Below are positions 58,259 through 64,000 of a stretch of DNA of 64,000 nucleotides, in pieces. The stretch covers positions 10,507-74,506 of the forward strand of contig CALEYQ010000071.1 of the NCBI GenBank assembly GCA_937924855.1, in the 5' to 3' direction. Within the stretch, counting starts at the first letter, position 1; every line of letters starts with the position of its first letter. Position numbers and translations under genes: made by a program. The notes below the pieces were generated by a model. That model did no database searches, had not been told where the DNA came from, and saw nothing but the letters and a program-made list of their open reading frames with translations. The stretch comes from an uncultured Bacteroidota bacterium. GTDB lineage: Bacteria > Bacteroidota > Bacteroidia > JADZBD01.

Positions 58259-59773
58259 TTACTTGTTTTTTGTCAGTTCTGAAACCGTTATTCCTTTTCC
58301 TGATGCTTCCAGCCAGGAAATAAAATCGAAGTTGTCGAAATAGGGAAGGTTTATTTTCTGTTGTTTCAGTTTTTTAAAGGTGGGAAGCGCATTCGAGAAA
58401 AGCGGAGAAGCTTCTTTTTTTCTTCGGGAAGAAAGCGCGGAGATTAGTTTTATTAATTCCGTTTCCAGTGCGGTATAATCTTTTCTCTTTTTGAAGAATC
58501 TCCGCAGCGCTTTTATTTTGTAGGGAATGAGATCCAGGTTGCCCAGGTGGTAATGCAAAACAGCTTCATGCAACATGGAAAGTTCAAGAATTTCATCGGG
58601 AATTTCTTTCTCGTTATGATTTAACAGGGCATTGCGATGCTGCAGGGATTTGTGGTAATTGCCGCAATAAAAATGCAGGGTGGAAAGGGAGGAGAGGATT
58701 TCGAACCGGTATTTTCGGGAAATTTTTTCTTCATACCGTTTTAAAAAATCTTCCGTTTCAGAGGCATATTCCAAAGCCTGGTCGAATGCCCCCTTTTCCA
58801 TCAGCAAGTTCAACCGAAGTAAATTAACCCTTTCCGCCTTGTTCAGTTTCTGGTCGGCGGTATGCGAGGGAATTTCACTGATCATCTGAAGCGTATCTTC
58901 CGCCATGTCAAATTTCCGGCATTTTAACTGTGCCTGAAACAAATTGGTGTGGGAAAACAGGGCACCCTGGAAAATATCAGTTTTCCCGGCCAGACTTTCC
59001 GTTCTGAAAAACTCCACATATTTCTGGGCAATTTCAAGTGCTTTTTTATAGTCGTGGGTATAATCATAAAATTGCCGCCAGTAATTGAAATACATGATTT
59101 TTGCATCGGTCATTAAGGCCGATGCTTCCGTGCGAAGCAGGGGATGATTACTTTCTTCATACAATTTAACCCGGGTTTCATCCGACAACATTTCAAAAGG
59201 CTTTTCCATGATAACAATCAGGGAATTGAGCAAACGCCGCAATTCAATGAAATTGCGGATTTCTTCCTGGGCCTGTAACATTTCATAATAACCCTTCACC
59301 GAAAGCTCCCGGAACATTTCCGGACTGTGGCGTTTGATGGCTATGCGTTGTTCGAGCGTATAAAATTCGAGCAGCATCAGGGGCTTTTCCTTTTTCCGGG
59401 CAAGATCCTTTCCCTTTTCAACAAGTTTTAAGCACGAAGCGTACAGTGATTTCTTGTACAAAATTTCGGCATGAATAAGTATTTCACCCAGGGGGCCTTC
59501 TGAAGCGCTTCCCAGATGAGGCAGCGTCAGACTCTGGAGAATTAAATTGTACAGATAGTTTTTGGTAACATGAAGCTGCTTAAGAAAAACCGCATTCTTG
59601 TATTTTTCACGAATGAGATCCTCATCATACCGGTCCATCCGGTCGATGGTTTCAAACAATTTCAGGTAATTGTTCCCCTTATTCCTTAGATATTTTGAGG
59701 TGAACAGGTGAAATTGCCTTTTTTCTTCCGGCTGCAATGATTTTATCAGAAGAAACAATTGCTCTGAAGCCAT
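58259..59773 (-). CDS. hypothetical all-alpha (TPR-like) cytoplasmic protein
   Basis: A long ORF with no TM and helical repeat character. It is divergent from a T9SS cargo gene across a 197-bp AT-rich gap. Confidence 0.5.
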   Translation of the reverse strand: MASEQLFLLIKSLQPEEKRQFHLFTSKYLRNKGNNYLKLFETIDRMDRYDEDLIREKYKNAVFLKQLHVTKNYLYNLILQSLTLPHLGSASEGPLGEILIHAEILYKKSLYASCLKLVEKGKDLARKKEKPLMLLEFYTLEQRIAIKRHSPEMFRELSVKGYYEMLQAQEEIRNFIELRRLLNSLIVIMEKPFEMLSDETRVKLYEESNHPLLRTEASALMTDAKIMYFNYWRQFYDYTHDYKKALEIAQKYVEFFRTESLAGKTDIFQGALFSHTNLFQAQLKCRKFDMAEDTLQMISEIPSHTADQKLNKAERVNLLRLNLLMEKGAFDQALEYASETEDFLKRYEEKISRKYRFEILSSLSTLHFYCGNYHKSLQHRNALLNHNEKEIPDEILELSMLHEAVLHYHLGNLDLIPYKIKALRRFFKKRKDYTALETELIKLISALSSRRKKEASPLFSNALPTFKKLKQQKINLPYFDNFDFISWLEASGKGITVSELTKNK

Positions 59774-59970
59774 AGCATTTTGATTTTAAACAATTTATAA
59801 GCAATATTACGGATAATTAGTATTTGAATTTTTACGATTTACATAGATTTTGAGGTTGCAAAATTCTATATTCGGAAGCAATTTGCCGTTACATTCATGG
59901 TATTGGTCTAAATAAATTTGCCTTAACAGCCGGAATGAACTATTTTTAATGGTTTTTAAAATCTAATCAC

Positions 59971-61878
59971 ATGAAGAAAATTTACATGATTCTGAGCTCT
60001 GTTCTTTTTGCCGGAGCCGTTCTTGCCCAGTCGCAAAGATTGGTGCTTGTTGAAGAGTTCACACAGGCCTCCTGTGGCCCCTGTGCTTCACAGAATCCGG
60101 CCTTCAACGCCCTGCTGGCTGCTAACAGCAGTAAATTAACCTCCCTGAAATACCAGACCTCCTGGCCCGGAGTGGATCCCATGAATGCCCAAAACCCCAC
60201 CGATGCGGCTAACCGGGTTTCTTATTATAACATTACCGGGGTTCCGCACGGCCGTCTTGACGGACCTGCGATTGTAAATGATTGTAACGCGTATACCGGA
60301 GCTCCTTCCTGCCTTAGTGCTTCAGAAATCGATGCAAGGTATAATACACCTTCTCCCTTTTCGCTTCAGTTAACCCATACCATGTCAGTGGCTCACGATT
60401 CTGCCTATGTTACGGCCGTTATTACTGCCGCCCAGAATTTTACCGCCAATGGAACCCTCCGTTTTCGACTTGCATTGATTGAGGAAGAAATTCATTTTAC
60501 CACTCCTCCCGGTTCCAACGGTGAAAAGGATTTTTATAATGTAATGCGTAAAATGTATCCGAATGGCACAGGAACTGCGCTTGCCTCTACCTGGACCAAC
60601 GGACAAACTCAAACCCTGAATTTTGCCATCAAAATCCCAACCTACATTTACGACATTAATGAAGTTGCATTCGTGGCTTTTATCCAGTCGGATGGAAACA
60701 AAGTTGTTGAACAGGCAGGATTCAGCCCCCCCCAACCTATTCAAAATGATGCAGGAACTACCCTGGTCACCGGAATCCCCGGATTGAATTGCACCGGAAA
60801 CTTTACCCCATCAGTAACCATTAAAAATTATGGGGTTGCAAATCTTACTTCCTGCAATGTAAATTATCAGATTGATGCCAATACTCCTGCCGTTCAGCCC
60901 TGGACCGGCAACCTTGCCCCGGGTGCTACAACTACCGTAACACTTCCCCAGCTAAATGCAGGTGATGGTAACCATACTTTAACCGTTTGGACCTCCGATC
61001 CGAATGGACAACCCGATGGTTTACCCGGAAATAATACCACCACTACCAGCTTCATGATTACCATGCAAAGCATTGCTTCTCCCATTATAGAAGGTTTCCA
61101 AAATGCTAGTTTCCCGCCTACCCGGTGGTCGGTATATAATCCTGACGGAAGCTTTACCTGGGCAAGGAAAACCGGCGCAGGAGGATTTGGACAATCTCTT
61201 TATTCCGCCTGGCTTAATTTCTTCGATAGCCCCAATGGGCAGATTGATGAACTCTACCTTCCTTCGGTTGATTTGAGTGCTTCCGCTACGGCAGCCTCCA
61301 TGAGTTTTAATGTTGCACACTCTCAATACAGCACAGCTTCTGTAGACAGACTTCAGGTTCGTGTTTCTACCGATTGCGGGGCTAACTGGACAACTGTTTA
61401 CGACAAATCAGGTGCTCAATTGAAGACTAATTCAGGCCCCCAAACCTCTCCCTTTACTCCTTCGGGATCCATGTGGAGAAATGAGGCTATTGACCTCAGT
61501 CAGTTTGCCGGACAGAATAATGTTTACATCAAATTTGTGGGCATCTCTAATTCCGGAAACAATGTTTATGTAGACGACATTAATATTTCCAATACGGTAG
61601 GCATTAAGGAAAACACAAGCTTTGCTTCTCTGGATGTATATCCTAACCCTTTTTTAACCACAACAACTATTTCACTAAACCTCAACAAGGCTGAAAGAGT
61701 AACTGTCCGGGTGTTTGATGTGGTGGGTAATACCGTATATTCCATGGATGCCGGTTTGGTAAAACAGGGTGGAAGTACCCTCGAATTTGATGGCTCCCAG
61801 CTGCCTGCAGGAATTTATTTCCTGACATTGTATGCCGGAGATCAGAACATTACAAAAAAACTGACCATCAACCGCTAA
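59971..61878 (+). CDS. secreted Omp28/thioredoxin-fold-like protein with CGPC motif and T9SS C-terminal sorting domain
   Basis: Signal peptide, N-terminal LVEEFTQASCGPCAS, Ig-like/CARDB-like middle domains, and CTD (VYPNPFLTTTTISLNL...GIYFLTLYAG). Confidence 0.65.
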   Translation: MKKIYMILSSVLFAGAVLAQSQRLVLVEEFTQASCGPCASQNPAFNALLAANSSKLTSLKYQTSWPGVDPMNAQNPTDAANRVSYYNITGVPHGRLDGPAIVNDCNAYTGAPSCLSASEIDARYNTPSPFSLQLTHTMSVAHDSAYVTAVITAAQNFTANGTLRFRLALIEEEIHFTTPPGSNGEKDFYNVMRKMYPNGTGTALASTWTNGQTQTLNFAIKIPTYIYDINEVAFVAFIQSDGNKVVEQAGFSPPQPIQNDAGTTLVTGIPGLNCTGNFTPSVTIKNYGVANLTSCNVNYQIDANTPAVQPWTGNLAPGATTTVTLPQLNAGDGNHTLTVWTSDPNGQPDGLPGNNTTTTSFMITMQSIASPIIEGFQNASFPPTRWSVYNPDGSFTWARKTGAGGFGQSLYSAWLNFFDSPNGQIDELYLPSVDLSASATAASMSFNVAHSQYSTASVDRLQVRVSTDCGANWTTVYDKSGAQLKTNSGPQTSPFTPSGSMWRNEAIDLSQFAGQNNVYIKFVGISNSGNNVYVDDINISNTVGIKENTSFASLDVYPNPFLTTTTISLNLNKAERVTVRVFDVVGNTVYSMDAGLVKQGGSTLEFDGSQLPAGIYFLTLYAGDQNITKKLTINR

Positions 61879-61897
61879 TTTTGGCAAAGAATTTGCA

Positions 61898-61934
61898 TCA
61901 GTCCCAATAGTTCAAATATTGGGACTGATTTTTA
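61898..61934 (+). terminator. Rho-independent terminator
   Basis: An 11-bp stem TCAGTCCCAAT/ATTGGGACTGA with a T-run. Confidence 0.65.
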
Positions 61935-61944
61935 TAAACCTTCT

Positions 61945-62469
61945 ATGAAAAAAATTGCATTTAGTTTTTTAGGAGCTCTTGTTATTACAGGACTTGCTTC
62001 TTTTACAACCTTTCAAACTTCCGGCAAGAAAATTCCTTCGGTTGAAATTAAAACCATGACCGGACAGAAATTCAATACCGGCAAGATTTCCAACAATGGA
62101 AAGCCCATGATTATTGATTTTTGGGCAACCTGGTGTACACCTTGCAAAAAGGAGCTTAATGCCATTTCAGAAGTTTATTCCGACTGGCAAAAGGAAACGG
62201 GGGTAAAATTAATCGCCGTTTCTATCGATGATTCAAAAACCTCCGCCAAAGTAAAACCCTATGTAGACGGGAAAGGCTGGGAGTTTGATGTATTGGTGGA
62301 TGAAAACTCTGATTTCAAGCGAGCCATGAACGTAAACAATGTTCCTCACATTTTTGTGGTTAACGGAGCCGGAGAAATTGTTTGGGAAACCACTACCTAT
62401 ACCGATGGCGGCGAGGCAAAATTGCTCGAGGTTGTAAAAAAAGTGGCTGCCGGAGAAAAGCCGGAATAA
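61945..62469 (+). CDS. TlpA-family thiol-disulfide oxidoreductase (thioredoxin-like)
   Basis: Signal/TM N-terminus and a WATWCTPCKKE active site. Confidence 0.85.
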   Translation: MKKIAFSFLGALVITGLASFTTFQTSGKKIPSVEIKTMTGQKFNTGKISNNGKPMIIDFWATWCTPCKKELNAISEVYSDWQKETGVKLIAVSIDDSKTSAKVKPYVDGKGWEFDVLVDENSDFKRAMNVNNVPHIFVVNGAGEIVWETTTYTDGGEAKLLEVVKKVAAGEKPE

Positions 62470-62505
62470 TCAAAAAATTAATTTTGCAGGGCTAAACCCC
62501 GATAT

Positions 62506-64000
62506 TGTGATTTTAGTCCGTAACCCCTTTTTAATATTTCTTGGATTGCTTACCCTAACGGGTTTGCCATCATTTTCCCAAAATGCTGATCCGGGCCAGA
62601 TTCATGGCACTTTTGAATCCTATGGTCAGTATTATAATCCCGATTCCACCATTGGCGCACCACCCGTGCCGGAGAAATTTCTGTTTAACGGATACAGTAA
62701 CCTGAATTATATCCGGGGAAATTTTAAAGCCGGCCTTCGCTTCGAATCCTATCATAACGTATTACAGGGAATTGACCCCCGTTATAAAGGCAATGGAATT
62801 CCCTTTCGGTTTGCCACCTACACTGTGGATAATCTGGAAGTAACCGTAGGGAATTTTTATGAGCAGTTTGGCTCAGGTCTTGCTTTGCGATTGTTTGAAG
62901 AGAGAGGTTTGGGTATTGATAATTGCATGGATGGGGTAAGAGCCAGGTTCGAACCTTTCCGTGGCATTTACTTAAAAGGACTTATAGGAAAACAGCGTTT
63001 GTTCTTTAATACCGGGCCCGGAATTATCAGAGGGTTTGATGGAGAAATTAATTTCAACGAATTGATTCCTTCCTGGACCGAAAAGAAACTTCAGATCATT
63101 TTGGGAGGTAGTTTCGTAAGTAAATTTCAACCCGACGCAAATCCAAACCTGATTCTGCCCCAGAACGTTGGCCTTTCAGCCGGTCGCTTCCAACTAGGTT
63201 ATGGCGATTTTCAGGCCATGGGCGAATATGCCTATAAGATAAACGACCCCTCCTACGACAATAATTATATTTATAATCACGGTGAGGCCATTCTTCTGCA
63301 ACTTTCCTACTCCAAAAAAGGGATGGCATTCCTGCTGGGCGGAAAATATATCGACAATTTCAGTTACAAATCGGACCGCGACATGGCCGGTAATTTTCTT
63401 ACCATTAATTTCAACCCGGCTCTCGTTAAACCACATACCTACGGTTTAATGACTTTCTGGCCTTATGCCTCTCAGAACCCTGGTGAGATTGCCGGTCAAG
63501 CTGAATTTCTCTATAAATTCAAAAAGGAAACGCTCCTGGGCGGAAAGTATGGAACCGATCTTAACATTAATTACTCCCGCTCCCAGTCGCTCGATACAAC
63601 AGGAAGGCAGGCCAATGAAAATTTGATTGCTTATGATGTGGAATTTCTGAGCCCGGGCGACAATATTTTTTTCCAGGACCTTAACATTGAGATTTCTAAA
63701 AAGCTCAGCCCTAAATTCAAAGGCACATTAATGCTTTCCTATCAGCAATACGATATTGCCCAGATTCAGGGTAAAGCCGGCCAACCCGACCTGCATTCTT
63801 ACATCGCGGTGCTTGATCTTACCTATCGTTTTTCAGAACATTTTAATATTCGTACTGAGGCCCAGCATTTGTATCTGGAGCAAGACGAACGAAGCTGGGC
63901 CATGGGTCTTATAGAACTTAACTTCAATGAAAAATTCTATATCGCCGCCCTGGATCAATACAATTACGGGCATTATAATCCGGCCAAAAGATTGCATTAT
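62506..64000 (+). CDS. hypothetical outer-membrane beta-barrel protein, 3' end outside window (not in the ORF track because no stop is reached)
   Basis: An open frame from GTG 62506 with no stop to the window end. It has a signal peptide (FLIFLGLLTLTGLPSFSQNA) and an aromatic/Gly-rich beta-strand pattern. Confidence 0.55.

Noticed and set aside
1-64000. Mobile elements, prophage, rRNA and tRNA genes
   Set aside because: There are no integrase, transposase, phage structural or recombinase ORFs, and no element-bounding terminal inverted repeats. Apart from the two gaps discussed (27435-27735 and 59774-59970), intergenic spaces are under 140 bp and show no tRNA-like cloverleaf sequence. No rRNA-like conserved stretches are present.

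Overview
This 64-kb window is gene-dense chromosomal DNA from a Bacteroidota genome. The phylum call rests on six cargo proteins carrying C-terminal type IX secretion (T9SS) sorting domains, a DUF3098/ftsX pair, a DUF4271/hemD pair, and sparse Shine-Dalgarno usage with many 4-nt ATGA overlaps. I found about 60 CDSs, no rRNA or tRNA genes, no CRISPR array and no transposase or integrase.

Gene content in order:
- 1-6616, + strand: a complete arginine biosynthesis operon (argG C-terminus, then argC-argD-argF'-argB-argE-argH).
- 6610-8511, - strand: purF, convergent on argH.
- 8.5-23 kb, both strands: an accessory-looking signalling cluster. It holds four paralogous TPR proteins built on a SpoIIE/RsbU-type PP2C phosphatase domain; three keep the GDFY and DCTGHG metal-binding motifs and one has lost both. 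Two paralogous TMTC-like proteins (multi-TM GT-C domain plus C-terminal TPRs) sit in the same cluster. Embedded in it are 2-amino-3-carboxymuconate-6-semialdehyde decarboxylase (ACMSD), 3-hydroxyanthranilate 3,4-dioxygenase, a lipoprotein MBL-fold hydrolase and an SDR.
- 24243-26470, - strand: an OmpR-type response regulator and a sensor histidine kinase. The kinase CDS contains an in-frame 22-nt poly(T) tract encoding seven lysines, a candidate phase-variation switch.
- 26.5-29 kb: a K/E/H-rich T9SS cargo protein, a repeat-rich 300-bp non-coding gap, and a small operon (membrane protein, wHTH regulator, 2TM protein).
- 29-37 kb: housekeeping genes leuS, ftsX, DUF3098, uppP, truB, kynureninase and an aminotransferase.
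- 37-44 kb: a T9SS-secreted CotH kinase, comF, a GAF protein, an Ig-like lipoprotein and meaB.
- 44-49 kb: an LPS/LOS core locus (GT2, GT9, GT4, O-antigen ligase).
- 49-56 kb: ctp, yidD, rnpA, hemD, DUF4271, an outer-membrane beta-barrel, yceI and glutaryl-CoA dehydrogenase.
- 56-64 kb: three more T9SS cargo proteins, one with a CGPC thioredoxin-like motif, next to a TlpA thiol-disulfide oxidoreductase and a partial beta-barrel ORF that runs off the window end.

The kynurenine-pathway genes (ACMSD, 3-HAO, kynureninase, glutaryl-CoA dehydrogenase) are present but dispersed rather than clustered.
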